Positions 33,240-43,240 of a stretch of 64,000 bases of DNA are shown here, in pieces. The stretch is from an uncultured Planctomycetota bacterium (lineage in GTDB: Bacteria; Planctomycetota; Planctomycetia; Isosphaerales; Isosphaeraceae). Numbering within the stretch: the first letter of the stretch is position 1; every line of letters starts with the position of its first letter. Below the pieces are notes generated by a model. The model was not told the origin of the DNA and made no database searches. It saw only the letters and a list, made by a program, of their open reading frames with translations. The stretch lies in NCBI GenBank assembly GCA_963845755.1, contig CAWJTV010000011.1, forward strand, positions 160,001-224,000, given 5' to 3'. The translations under genes and the position numbers were made by a program.

Positions 33240-34582
33240 ATGTCGCGACTCCAGCAATCCGACCCGATCGCCTTGTGGCGTGCCATCGAGCAGGCTGGCG
33301 GCGTGCAGGCGTATGTGAACGCCCAGCTCGTTGAGCGGGGGTTCCTGGTCCAGCGCCGGGAGACGGACAAGCTATCCGATCGGGAAAAGGACGCTTACAA
33401 GAAGTCGCTCAAGGCCGAGGCGGAGGAGCGCCGGCGGTTGAGTCGCGAGGCCTGGAAGGCCCACAAGGCCACGCACATCGTCCATCTGGGCGAGGGCGTG
33501 TTCTGGACCGAGGGTCGTGGTCACGACAAGTGGGACCTACCCAACGCCGAGGCCCGCGCCGCCGAGAACGAGCTCCCGCCGCTGGACTCGGCCAAGCAAC
33601 TGGCCGAGGCCCTGGGCCTGACCATCGCCGAGCTGCGCCGGCTCGCCTTTCACCGCGATGCAGCCACCGTGCTCAACTACCGACGGTTCACGATCCCCAA
33701 ACGCGATGGCTCCGCGCGGGCCATCTGGGCCCCGCTGCCGCGGTTGAAGACAGCCCAGCGCTGGATCTTGCACAACATCGTCGAGAAGCTGCTCGTCCAT
33801 GGCTCGGTGCATGGCTTCCTCCCCGGTCGCTCGACGCTCACCAACGCCGCCGCCCACGCCGACCCGAAGCTGGTGGTGAAGGTGGACATCAAGGACTTCT
33901 TCCCCACCGTGACGTTCCCTCGGGTCAAGGGGATCTTTCGCAAGGCCGGCTATCGCGAGGAGGTCGCCACGCTGCTGGCGATGATCTGCACCGAATCCCC
34001 CCGCGAGATCGTCGAGCTGGAGGATAAGACGTACTACGTGGCGCTGGGGCCGCGCTGCCTGCCCCAGGCGCACCGACGAGTCCGGCGCTAACCAACACGC
34101 TGGGCCTGCACCTCGACCGCCGGCTCAGCGGGCTGGCGAAGAAACTCGGCTGGCGCTATACCCGCTATGCCGACGACCTGACCTTGAGCCTGCCCAGGAA
34201 CCACCAGGGCCCGCCCCAGGTCGGCACATTGCTCGGCTCGATCCGCCGGATCGTCGAGGACGAAGGTTTCGCGATCCACCCGGACAAGACGGGCGTCCAC
34301 CGTCGCGGGGGCCGGCAGATGATCACCGGCCTGGTCGTCAACGGCGGATCGCCGCGCAGTCCCCGCGACTTCCGCCGCAGGCTCCGAGCCGCCATCCATA
34401 ACCGGACCAACGGCAAGCCCTCACCGGACGGCGAGAGCCTCTCGACATTAATCGGCATGGCGGCCTACGTGTATATGTCTGATCCTGTGCGAGGAGAGAA
34501 GTTCCTGGACGCGCTCCGGGAACTGGATCGAGCACAGGTATCGGCCTCGGCGCGGATCGAGGGGCCGCCGCCCCAGACATGA
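33240..34582 (+). CDS. ret: Retron-type reverse transcriptase (Mx162-like), single frameshift near 34067
   Basis: IPKRDGS.R.I, region X NAAAH, KVDIKDFFP, LPQ(G)APTSP, YTRYADDL (34166-34177), HPDKT, region Y ITGLVVN, LRAAIHN. Long N-terminal extension (AIEQAGG..KATHIVHLGEGVFW) like myxobacterial retron RTs. Confidence 0.93.
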
Positions 34583-34756
34583 TCGCCGTCGTCATTGGCA
34601 ACCATCTCCCAAGTTGTTACGCTGAAGAAAGGAGTGATCAAGAGATGGATGTCGAGACTCGTTAACACCTGGAATACCCCTCCAATGGCCGGATCTCAAG
34701 CGGTCGTTGTGCTCGCGAGGACCCCATGCGAGCGGTCCAGGCTTGGCCCCGCGAAG

Positions 34757-35714
34757 ATGGTGCTGCACGTCGCTTGCGCTCTGGTATCGACCGGTTTGGT
34801 TTGGTGCGGCTGTTCACCAGAACGACCGGACCCGGCGCGGAGGACTTCCTCGCCCAGTCTGGCCGGTGTCGCCTCGACCTCAGCTCGAAGAACGATCGCA
34901 GATCGAGATTCTCGAGGCGCAGAGTGAGCAGGTGATCGACCACATTCGTGGGATCGGCGGATCGGTCGAGCGAGATGAGAACGATCCCAACAAGCCAGTG
35001 ATGACCGTCTTCCTCGATGGCCCCCGCGCCTCGGACGAGGACCTTCGTGACCTGGTCCATTTCGTCAACCTCCGGAGACTGTCCCTGGTTGATTCCTCGA
35101 TCACCGATGCGGGAATGGACAATCTCAGAGGGTCGGCCAATCTCCGGTGGCTATACCTGAGTCGGACGCAGGTGACGGATCGCGGATTAGGACAACTCAG
35201 CGGCCTGACGAAGATGGAGGATCTGGGTCTTTTCCGCACCCGCATCTCGGATCGCGGACTGGCCCACCTCGGGGGAATGAAGAGGCTTCGCATCCTCGAC
35301 CTCAAGGACACGGCGACGACGGACGCGGGCCTGGCTTACCTCGCGGGCCTGACCAATCTGCGAAAGCTCGACCTCCGCGGGACTCGAGTCACCGACACGG
35401 GGATGAGTAGCCTTCGGGGTTTGTCTCGTCTCTGGTCACTCAACCTGGCTGCGACGCGAGTCGGCGACTCGGGGTTGGCCCATCTGAAAGGGTTGGTTCA
35501 CCTACAAGAACTCGACCTCAGCGAGACCAGGATCACCGACGCCGGTCTGGAGCACCTCAAGGGGTTGACCAACCTCCAGGTACTGAATCTCACCGGGACC
35601 TCGGCGACGAATGCCGGAATTCGGGCGATTCGAGATGCCTTGCCGGAAACCACGATCATCCAGGGGCCCGAAACGCGTCCGCCGGAGGATAGGCAGGAGG
35701 GTCCTCCCGGTTAA
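34757..35714 (+). CDS. Leucine-rich repeat protein (planctomycete RI-like LRR), probable frameshift near 34885
   Basis: 24-aa repeats LxxLxLxxTxVTDxGLxHLxGLxx; possible lipoprotein signal (LVWCGC). Confidence 0.85.
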
Positions 35715-35747
35715 GCGATCCCACACCCTGCTCCGATGGGCGATTCG

Positions 35748-37232
35748 TCACGCAAGCAGTTCCTTCACCACCCGCGCCGGCTCGACGCCGGTGAGCTTCT
35801 GGTCGAGCCCCTGGTATTTGTACGTGAACCGCCGATGATCGAAGCCGAGGAGCTGGAGCACGGTGGCGTGGAAGTCGCGGATGTGCACCGGGTTCTTGAT
35901 GATGTTATAGGAGAAGTCGTCGGTCTCGCCGTAGATGGTGCCGGGCCGGGAGCCGCCGCCGGCCATCCACATGGTGAAGCATCGCGGGTGATGGTCGCGG
36001 CCGTAATTCTCGTGGGTCAGGCCGCCCTGGGAATAGATCGTCCGGCCGAACTCGCCGCCCCAGATGACCAGGGTCTCATCGAGGAGCCCCCGCGCCTTGA
36101 GGTCCTGGATCAGTCCCCAGCAGGGCTGGTCAACGTCGCGGCACTGGTCGGGCATCCGGCCGGCGACGTTGAAGTGCGTGTCCCAGTTGTTGTGGTAGAT
36201 CTGGACGAACCGTACGCCGCGTTCGACCAGCCGCCGGGCCAATAGTGCCGAGTGCGCGAACGAACCCGGTTTCTTCGCCGCCTCGCCGTAGAGCGCATAG
36301 GTCGAGGCGGGCTCCTTGTTGATGTCGGTCAATTCGGGGACGCTGGCCTGCATGCGGAAGGCCAGCTCGTATTGCTCGATCCGCGTGTGTGTCTCGGGGT
36401 CGCCCACGAGCTTCGAATTCAGCTCGTTGAGGGCCTTGAGCCCGTCGAGCGTATCGCGCCTCACCTGAGCGGGAACGCCGGGCGGATTGTTGATGAACAG
36501 GATCGGGTCGCCGCCGCTGCGGAACGAGACCCCGGCGTGCTCGCCCGAGAGATACCCCGACGACCACAGCCGCGCCGAGATCGCCTGGAGCTGCTCGGTG
36601 TTGGTCGGCCTGGCCACCAGCACGACGAACGTGGGCAGGTTGTCGTTGAGCGAGCCCAGGCCGTAGGAGGTCCAGGCACCCAGGCACGGCCGGCCTGTGA
36701 CCTGGTTACCCGTTTGCATATAAGTGATCGCCGGCTCGTGGTTGATCGCCTCGGTGTGCATGCTCCGGATGAAGCACATGTCGTCCACCATCCGGGCCGT
36801 GTAAGGCAGCAGCTCGCAGACCCACATTCCCGACTTCCCATGTCGGGCGAACTGGTATTTCGACGGTGCGACCGGGAACCGCTTCTGGCCCGAAGTCATC
36901 GTGGTCAGGCGCTGGCCCATCCGGATCGAGTCGGGCAGGTCCTTGTCAAAGAATGCGTTCATCTGCGGCTTGTAGTCGTACATGTCCATCTGCGGCGGCC
37001 CGCCGACCATGTGCAGATAGATCACCTGCTTGGCCTTGGGGGCGAAGTGCAGTCGCCCCGCGGGCGGCCGGCTCCCCGTGGGCGAGGGTTCGATGCCCCC
37101 GGCGAGGGCCGATGGCGCCAGGCCCTCACGGCCGAGGAGTGCTGCGAATGCTGCCCAGCTCACCGCGTTGGAGCCCCGGCTCAGGAACTGCCGGCGCGTC
37201 TCGTAGCGGACGTATTCGTGGAACGGATTCAT
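35748..37232 (-). CDS. DUF1501 domain protein
   Basis: TRRQFL Tat-like start, HFAPKAKQVIYLHMVGGP.QMD, LLARRLVERGVRFVQ, WDTH, WGGEFGRT, GRDHHP. Confidence 0.92.
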   Translation of the reverse strand: MNPFHEYVRYETRRQFLSRGSNAVSWAAFAALLGREGLAPSALAGGIEPSPTGSRPPAGRLHFAPKAKQVIYLHMVGGPPQMDMYDYKPQMNAFFDKDLPDSIRMGQRLTTMTSGQKRFPVAPSKYQFARHGKSGMWVCELLPYTARMVDDMCFIRSMHTEAINHEPAITYMQTGNQVTGRPCLGAWTSYGLGSLNDNLPTFVVLVARPTNTEQLQAISARLWSSGYLSGEHAGVSFRSGGDPILFINNPPGVPAQVRRDTLDGLKALNELNSKLVGDPETHTRIEQYELAFRMQASVPELTDINKEPASTYALYGEAAKKPGSFAHSALLARRLVERGVRFVQIYHNNWDTHFNVAGRMPDQCRDVDQPCWGLIQDLKARGLLDETLVIWGGEFGRTIYSQGGLTHENYGRDHHPRCFTMWMAGGGSRPGTIYGETDDFSYNIIKNPVHIRDFHATVLQLLGFDHRRFTYKYQGLDQKLTGVEPARVVKELLA

Positions 37233-37269
37233 GGATCGACCTCGGGCTGTGTGGGTGGGGCGAGACGAG

Positions 37270-37725
37270 TTATCCCTCATGGGCACCGGCGGGTATCTCG
37301 GGATCCCGGCGCTTGAGTAGGTCGCGGATCTCGGCGAGGAGCTCCTGGTCTTTCGTCAGCGGCGGTGGCTCGGCTTTGGGCTGAGCCTGGTACGCCATGA
37401 TCCAGCCCAGGAACTTGACGATGAACAGGTACAGGACGAAGGCGATGATCAGGAAGTTGACCACGTCGCCGAGGAATTTCCCGTAAGGGATCGGCTTGCC
37501 CTCGATTCGGAATACCCAACCTTCATAACCGCGCTCGCCGGGGAGGATCACGCCGAGCAGGGGCATGAAGATGTTATCGACGAGCGACTTGATGATGTTC
37601 GAGAACGCGGCGCCGATGATCACGCCGACGGCCAGGTCGATGACGTTGCCCTTGAAGGCGAACGCCTTGAATTCGTCGAACAACGACCGGGCCTGCCGCG
37701 TCGGGACGAGCGTCTTGAGATCCAT
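37270..37725 (-). CDS. mscL: Large-conductance mechanosensitive channel
   Basis: EFKAFAFKGNVIDLAVGVIIGAAF..YGKFL..VVNFLIIAF..ELLAEIRDLL. Confidence 0.95.
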   Translation of the reverse strand: MDLKTLVPTRQARSLFDEFKAFAFKGNVIDLAVGVIIGAAFSNIIKSLVDNIFMPLLGVILPGERGYEGWVFRIEGKPIPYGKFLGDVVNFLIIAFVLYLFIVKFLGWIMAYQAQPKAEPPPLTKDQELLAEIRDLLKRRDPEIPAGAHEG

Positions 37726-37758
37726 GGCGGGACTCCGACGAAGTAAGCGGTCCGGGGT

Positions 37759-37950
37759 GCGGCCCAAGGGGCCGCAGGAGCCCAGCCCGGGGTGAAACCC
37801 CGGGGAGTGGAACGGGCTGCCCCCGTTCTCCGGCGGCCTGAAAGGCCGCAGCCGCCATCTCCCGCACCCCTTCAGGGTGCACCGGGGTCGAGCGACCGGG
37901 AGTCCCGGGGTTTCACCCCGGGCTGGATCCCCGCGGCCCTTCAGGCCGCC
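37759..37950. repeat. REP/MITE-like composite palindrome
   Basis: ccagcccggggtgaaaccccggg (37782) inverted with cccggggtttcaccccgggctgg (to 37926); ggcctgaaaggcc / ggcccttcaggcc hairpins. Confidence 0.75.
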
Positions 37951-37969
37951 AGGGACCTGTTAAAGGCGA

Positions 37970-40900
37970 CTACTTATTCAAAAACTCATCCAGATTCATC
38001 AACTCATTAGCCAGCATGGTCCAGGCGGCGAGGGTCGGCGGATCGAAGGCCGGATTCGCCTTGGATTCGCCGACCGCGAGGAGCTTGGCCGCCTGCTTGG
38101 GGTGCGATTGATAATAGGCTTCCAGCTTGGAGAGCGAGGCCCGAACGACCGCTTGCTCCTCGGGGCGGAACGGCCGGGCCAGGACGCGCCGGGCGATGAA
38201 GTCGATGCGCGCGTCCGAGGTCTGACCGGCTGGTTCGAGGGCCGATTGTGCCAGGGCCCGAGCGGCTTCGACGAACTGCGGATCATTCAGGGTGACGAGG
38301 GCCTGGAGCGGGGTATCGGTCCGCTCGCGCTGGACCGTGCAGACCTCGCGCGTCGGCGCATTGAGCACCTCCATCGAGGCCGGCGGCGCGCTTCGCTTCC
38401 AGAACGTGTAGAGGCTTCTGCGATACAGTTTTTCGCCATGCTCGGGGTCATAGAAATGCGTGTTGCTTTCCGGCATGGCCACCGCCTCCCAGACGCCCTC
38501 GGGCTGATAGGGCTTGACGCTGGGACCGCCCAACGTGTCGACCAGGATTCCACCGGCCGCGAGTGCCGAGTCGCGGATGGTCTCGGCGTCCAGGCGGAAC
38601 CGCGGCCCGCGCGAGAGCCATCGGTCATGCGGGTCCTTCTCGATCTTCTCGGGCGTGGCCGCGGCCGACTGGCGATACGTCGACGATTCGACCATCGTCC
38701 GGAAGAGCCGCTTGACGTCCCACCCCGACTCGCGGAACTCGACGGCTAGCCAGTCGAGCAGCTCGGGATGCGAGGGCAGGTCGCCGGTAACGCCGAAGTC
38801 GCCGCTGGTGCGGACGATCCCCGTGCCGAAGACTTCCTGCCAGTACCGGTTGACGGTGACCCGGGCGGTCAAGGGATGCTCGGCCCGCACCAGCCACTGC
38901 GCCAGGCCCAGCCGGTTGCGGGGCAGGTCGGCCGGCAGGGGAGGCAACACGTCGGGCGTGTCCGCCTTGACCGGATCGCGCCGTTTGTCGTACTCGCCCC
39001 GGTGGAGCAGGAACGCCATGGCCGGCTCGCTTCGTTCGTGCATCACATGGGCGAAGGTGCCCCGAGACTTGATGGCGGCCTGTTCCGCTTCGAGTACCGA
39101 GAGCTTGACTTGCAGCTCCTTCGCGGTCGGATCGATCGAGCGGAGCCACCAGGCGAAGGCCGCATCCAGGTCGCTGCCTTCCCGCTTGTCGGCCGGTATC
39201 CGGACGATCGCCGCAATGCGGTCGGGCCAGGCAAGCTGATCGACCTCGCGCGCGGCGAGGGCTCTCCCGTAAATCCTCAGGGCGTTGACGATCACTCCGT
39301 CGAGCCGTTCCGAGCTGTGCCGCTGGCCGGCCTTGAGCGGTACGGTCGTGCGGATCGAGTTCTTCAGGGCATCGGACGCGGTGTCGGTCGCCTGGGGTTC
39401 GCCGTTGATGTAGATCTTCACTCCGGAGGCCCGGGCCGAGCCATCGTAGGTGACGAACAGGTGGGTCCAGACGCCCGGGCGCACCTCTTTCTTCGCCACC
39501 ACCTTGAGCGCGTTCTCGGGCCACTTGTGAACGATATGGGTCGCGACGCGGTTCCCCTCGATCCAGAGGTCCCATCCCCGATATCCGTTGGTATTATCCA
39601 TCCGCGCGAGGGCCGAGCCGGTGATGTCGCGTTTCGGGAGCTTGATCCAGGCGCCGAATGAGAACGCCTGGTCCTTCTCGAAGTCGCCCGAGTCGGCGGC
39701 CTCGAACCGGGCCTCGGGCCAACCGGTCGTCCCCGTCCCGGCCGCGCCGGGGTTCGCGACCAGCCGCAGGCCATCCGAGGGGACCGAAGCGGCCAAGGCG
39801 TTGAGATCGGCCGCGGCGAGCCACTTGTCGAAGTCGGGCCGTGCGGATTGCTTCCTCGCCTGGAACCGGCTGCGGATGCCTGCCAGTTCCGAGGGGAGCG
39901 ACTCCCAGCGAGGCCGGTCCTTCGAACCGGGGACGAACACCGTCGGCGGCGTGTCCTTGACGTTGCCGTCCATTGTCGGCTGGGTGGTGTTGTTGAAGAA
40001 CGCCGACAGCTCGTAGAACTCGCGCTGGGTGATCGGGTCGAACTTGTGATCGTGGCAGACCGCGCAACCGGCCGTGAGGCCCATCCAGACCAGCGAGGTC
40101 GTCTCGGTGCGGTCGCGGGCGTAGAGGACCTTGTACTCCTCGGGGATGACGCCGCCTTCGTTGGTGGTCGCGTTGCAACGGTTGAACCCCGAGGCGACCT
40201 GCTGGTCGAGCGTGTGGCCGGGCAAGAGGTCGCCGGCCAGTTGCTCGATCGTGAACCGGTCGAACGGCAGGTTGCGGTTGAACGCGACGATCACCCAGTC
40301 GCGATAGGCCCACGCTTCTCGATAATTGTCGAAGTGATATCCGTTGGTATCGGCATATCTGGCCAGGTCGAGCCAGTATCGGGCGCGGTGCTCGCCCCAT
40401 CGGGGCGAGTCGAGCAACCGGGTGACCAGATGGTCATAGGCGTTGGGCGAGGAGTCATTCGCGAACCGATCGACGAGATCGGGGTCGGGCGGCAACCCGG
40501 TCAGGTCCAGGCTGAGCCGTCGGGCGAGCGTGCGGCGATCGGCCTCGGGTGCGGGCTGCAAGTCGTGCTCCTGGAGCCTCGCCAGCACGAAGCGGTCGAT
40601 CGGGTTGCGGACCCACGACTCGTCCTTGACCTTCGGCAATGCGGGCCGCTTCGGAGGGATCAGCGACCAGTGCAATTGATACTCGGCCCCGGCGGCGATC
40701 CAGCGCTTCAGGAGGTCCTTCTGCGGGGCGGTCAACGTCTTGGTGGACTTCGGGGGCGGCATGAGCTCGTCGGCGCTCTCGGCGTTGATCCGCGCGATCA
40801 GCTCGCTCGAATCCGGGTCGCCCGGGGCGATCGCGCCGGCTTCGATCGCGACCTCGCGCCGGTCGAGCCGCAAGTCGGCCTTCCGCGCGGCGCTGTCCGG

Positions 40901-41095
40901 TCCGTGGCACGGGAAGCAGTTCTCGGCGAGGATCGGCCGGACGTCGCGGTTGTATTCGAGAGTCGGACGATCGGCGGCATAGGCCGTCCCGGCGCCCAGA
41001 GCGGAGAGACCCAGGAGGACAACCATCAAGCCGAGCCGACTTCGCTCGACCACCCGTTCGAATCGGGGGACGGAGCCCCCTCCGACAAGCCGCAT
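37970..41095 (-). CDS. PSD1/planctomycete cytochrome c protein (DUF1549/DUF1553) with LamG-like insert
   Basis: YNRDVRPILAENCFPCHGPD, NPIDRFV, WLDLARYADTNG, CAVCHDHKFDP, HPELLDWLA, RRSLYTFWKR. Start position uncertain. Confidence 0.92.
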   Translation of the reverse strand: MRLVGGGSVPRFERVVERSRLGLMVVLLGLSALGAGTAYAADRPTLEYNRDVRPILAENCFPCHGPDSAARKADLRLDRREVAIEAGAIAPGDPDSSELIARINAESADELMPPPKSTKTLTAPQKDLLKRWIAAGAEYQLHWSLIPPKRPALPKVKDESWVRNPIDRFVLARLQEHDLQPAPEADRRTLARRLSLDLTGLPPDPDLVDRFANDSSPNAYDHLVTRLLDSPRWGEHRARYWLDLARYADTNGYHFDNYREAWAYRDWVIVAFNRNLPFDRFTIEQLAGDLLPGHTLDQQVASGFNRCNATTNEGGVIPEEYKVLYARDRTETTSLVWMGLTAGCAVCHDHKFDPITQREFYELSAFFNNTTQPTMDGNVKDTPPTVFVPGSKDRPRWESLPSELAGIRSRFQARKQSARPDFDKWLAAADLNALAASVPSDGLRLVANPGAAGTGTTGWPEARFEAADSGDFEKDQAFSFGAWIKLPKRDITGSALARMDNTNGYRGWDLWIEGNRVATHIVHKWPENALKVVAKKEVRPGVWTHLFVTYDGSARASGVKIYINGEPQATDTASDALKNSIRTTVPLKAGQRHSSERLDGVIVNALRIYGRALAAREVDQLAWPDRIAAIVRIPADKREGSDLDAAFAWWLRSIDPTAKELQVKLSVLEAEQAAIKSRGTFAHVMHERSEPAMAFLLHRGEYDKRRDPVKADTPDVLPPLPADLPRNRLGLAQWLVRAEHPLTARVTVNRYWQEVFGTGIVRTSGDFGVTGDLPSHPELLDWLAVEFRESGWDVKRLFRTMVESSTYRQSAAATPEKIEKDPHDRWLSRGPRFRLDAETIRDSALAAGGILVDTLGGPSVKPYQPEGVWEAVAMPESNTHFYDPEHGEKLYRRSLYTFWKRSAPPASMEVLNAPTREVCTVQRERTDTPLQALVTLNDPQFVEAARALAQSALEPAGQTSDARIDFIARRVLARPFRPEEQAVVRASLSKLEAYYQSHPKQAAKLLAVGESKANPAFDPPTLAAWTMLANELMNLDEFLNK

Positions 41096-41266
41096 CGTAG
41101 CATCTCCCAGACGATGGCGCACATACCCAGGGATTTGGTAGGAGCCGGCCCTGTCCGGCGACCCTGGGTTCGGAGGGGTTGCCCCCTCCTATTCGAGTCA
41201 ATTCATTCTACCCGGCCCACCGTCAAGATGCGAGACGTCAGGGCGTCTTCGCCAAGGTGAGGCGCG

Positions 41267-41569
41267 CTAATGCCCGCCCTCAGCGACCGGGGCCACCTCG
41301 AGCCGCGTCGGGCTTCCGGAAACCGATGTGGCGGACCCGGTCCGGTGGAGCGCCAGGTTCGGCTCGCCCAGTCGCGCCTTCAGTTCTTCCCGATGACGGT
41401 AGAGGACGGCGAGAAGCTCATCGTCCTCGATGTATCCTAGCCCTCGCCCAAGATGGGCCTCGCCGAGGAACCCAAGATGCGATAGCAACTGGCCCAGCCG
41501 GACATCCGGCGAGAACGACCAGACCTCGGCGAGCGCGGCCATGGCTTCCCTCTGCATCTCAGAAATCAT
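41267..41569 (-). CDS. Small hypothetical protein
   Basis: MISEMQREAMAALAEVWSFSPDVRLGQLLSHL..IEDDELL; ATGA-coupled to the upstream small gene. Confidence 0.6.
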   Translation of the reverse strand: MISEMQREAMAALAEVWSFSPDVRLGQLLSHLGFLGEAHLGRGLGYIEDDELLAVLYRHREELKARLGEPNLALHRTGSATSVSGSPTRLEVAPVAEGGH

Positions 41570-41803
41570 GGGAGCACGTCTCCGATCTTGGGATCCGCGG
41601 CATACGCCTTGGGAAGTTTGCCAATCACCTCTGTACAGGACGAGAAACCCATCGGTCCCCTCATAGACCCAGGGTGGTGGCATCCCGACTGCCGACCGAC
41701 CGAATAGGGAGATCTGCCTGGCCAGCTTGGCTGGATCGGCTCCCTGCAAGCGAGACGGAGGCAGACGCAAGTCGCGAGGATCGACATCGCGGAAGTCAGG
41801 CAT
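41566..41803 (-). pseudogene. Small gene (possibly ParB/Srx-like) broken near 41630
   Basis: MPDFRDVDPRDLRLPPSR..MPPPWVYEGTDGFLVLY in one frame and EVIGKLPKAYAADPKIGDVLP* in another. Confidence 0.4.
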
Positions 41804-41832
41804 ACGGGCAGTGTACTCGAGATGTAGGCAGC

Positions 41833-42159
41833 CTACCAGAAGAGGCCGGTCCGGCTCCCCCGCAATCGGTCGTACTCCGCCTTCCTGGCCCGCTCATCGG
41901 CCCGAGCATGCTCGATTTCGAGCTGGAGCTGCTGGATTGCCGCGTCGTCCGTCAACCTCCGGTGACTCACTCGTCCCGGGCTCAGCTCGGCGGACTCGCG
42001 AGCGGCCCGGGCCTTCTGATAGGCGGCCCGAGCCGCCGGCAAAGCGGCCTTCCTTCGAGCCCGCTCGCGAAGGTCCACGACGAGCGCCAGCATCAATCCC
42101 AACACGAAGACCGTGATGATCAGGCTCGGGACCGAAGATCGTGCGTGGGGCTGTCGCAT
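41833..42159 (-). CDS. Hypothetical membrane-anchored coiled-coil protein
   Basis: N-terminal transmembrane segment followed by an Ala/Arg/Glu-rich helix. Confidence 0.5.
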   Translation of the reverse strand: MRQPHARSSVPSLIITVFVLGLMLALVVDLRERARRKAALPAARAAYQKARAARESAELSPGRVSHRRLTDDAAIQQLQLEIEHARADERARKAEYDRLRGSRTGLFW

Positions 42160-42202
42160 GGTCGGGACCTCCACGCGTCATGATTTCCGCTTGATCGCTC
42201 CC

Positions 42203-42958
42203 TCAACCATCAAGCTCCCGATCCCAGACGGTGGACGACGCGGCGCCGACGAGGGCCGGCTCCGCGGGGCTGTCTCCTTTCGCCTTGCCGGGGAATCGAA
42301 ATCGAAGTGCGCGAAAGATCCGGGCGCGATCGGCGGGGCTCACGTCGACGATCCAGGATCTCGCGTCGAGCCGACAACGCCCGAATCGGTCCCAGAGCAG
42401 GAAGTAGTCAACCCAGGCGTTCTCATCGTCGTGGACGATCTCGCAACGGGCGAGTTCGACCCAGGGCACGAGCTTGAACCTGTTCCAGAAACCGGCCCGG
42501 CTGCGAATCCCCTTGTCGTTGATTTCGCAGATCTTGGGTTGCTTGGATAGAGACGTTATCAGGCCAATGCCGATGAGAATCAGCCCAGGAATCCACAGAG
42601 TACTCGAGCACAGACCAAGGCCAAGGAGAATGATGATTCCGGCCGCGACCCAGATCGCCAATTGGTTGTAGCGGACCAGGATCGGGAGATCCGCGGCAAG
42701 CTCTTTCTCATCGCGATGGTCCGTCTGAAATCGCTCGACCATCCGACTACGCACGGGGATGCCCGCATGCGAAAGGGCTTTGAGCAGGAGGAATTCCGAA
42801 TAGAAGTAAAACAACGGACCGACGATCAGAACGACCCATGGATCGGGACGAAGGGCGGGGAAGAGGATCATTGGTCCGAGAAAGGGGATGGCCAGGAAGA
42901 GCATCGCCGGCATGGCCGCGAAACGGACGAATCGTCGAGAGACGCTATTCGGCAACAT
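42203..42958 (-). CDS. Hypothetical membrane protein
   Basis: Four hydrophobic segments followed by a PH-like EINDKGIR..VPWVEL segment. Confidence 0.55.
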   Translation of the reverse strand: MLPNSVSRRFVRFAAMPAMLFLAIPFLGPMILFPALRPDPWVVLIVGPLFYFYSEFLLLKALSHAGIPVRSRMVERFQTDHRDEKELAADLPILVRYNQLAIWVAAGIIILLGLGLCSSTLWIPGLILIGIGLITSLSKQPKICEINDKGIRSRAGFWNRFKLVPWVELARCEIVHDDENAWVDYFLLWDRFGRCRLDARSWIVDVSPADRARIFRALRFRFPGKAKGDSPAEPALVGAASSTVWDRELDG

Positions 42959-43085
42959 GGCGTACCCTTTTCGTAGCCGCGGCGCCAACGGAGGGACGGA
43001 TACCGGTCTCCTTGTCGATCGGACTGATCTACTACCATTGTAATCGGACTCGCCAGTCCGGTCCAAGAATCTGTCCGAGATCTCC

Positions 43086-43145
43086 GTAGGATGGGTGAAA
43101 CCCACCGAGAAGGGCCCCGATCCTGGTGGGTTTCACCCACCCTAC
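43086..43145. repeat. GTAG-type REP pair
   Basis: GTAGgatgggtgaaacccacc ... ggtgggtttcacccaccCTAC. Confidence 0.8.
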
Positions 43146-43240
43146 AACGGCCGGAAGCCGTTCTCGGATCGTTACCAAGGGAGTAGCCATCGGCGCGACC
43201 TGTTCCGACACGAAGGCCGCTCGATCCCGCGCGAGCCGGC

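Noticed and set aside
33240..34582. Group II intron RT
   Set aside because: No maturase/endonuclease domain and no intron domain V/VI downstream; the NAxxH and (V/I)TG motifs indicate a retron.
34757..35714. LRR gene as part of the retron system
   Set aside because: It is adjacent and on the same strand, but such LRR genes are very common in planctomycetes and I see no coupling to the RT (gap of about 175 bp). A synteny check would be needed.
21877..41260. Numerous long antisense or overlapping ORFs (e.g. 22196-24172, 24365-25855, 39848-41260)
   Set aside because: These are typical high-GC shadow frames of genes identified on the other strand or frame, with Arg/Pro/Gly-biased composition.
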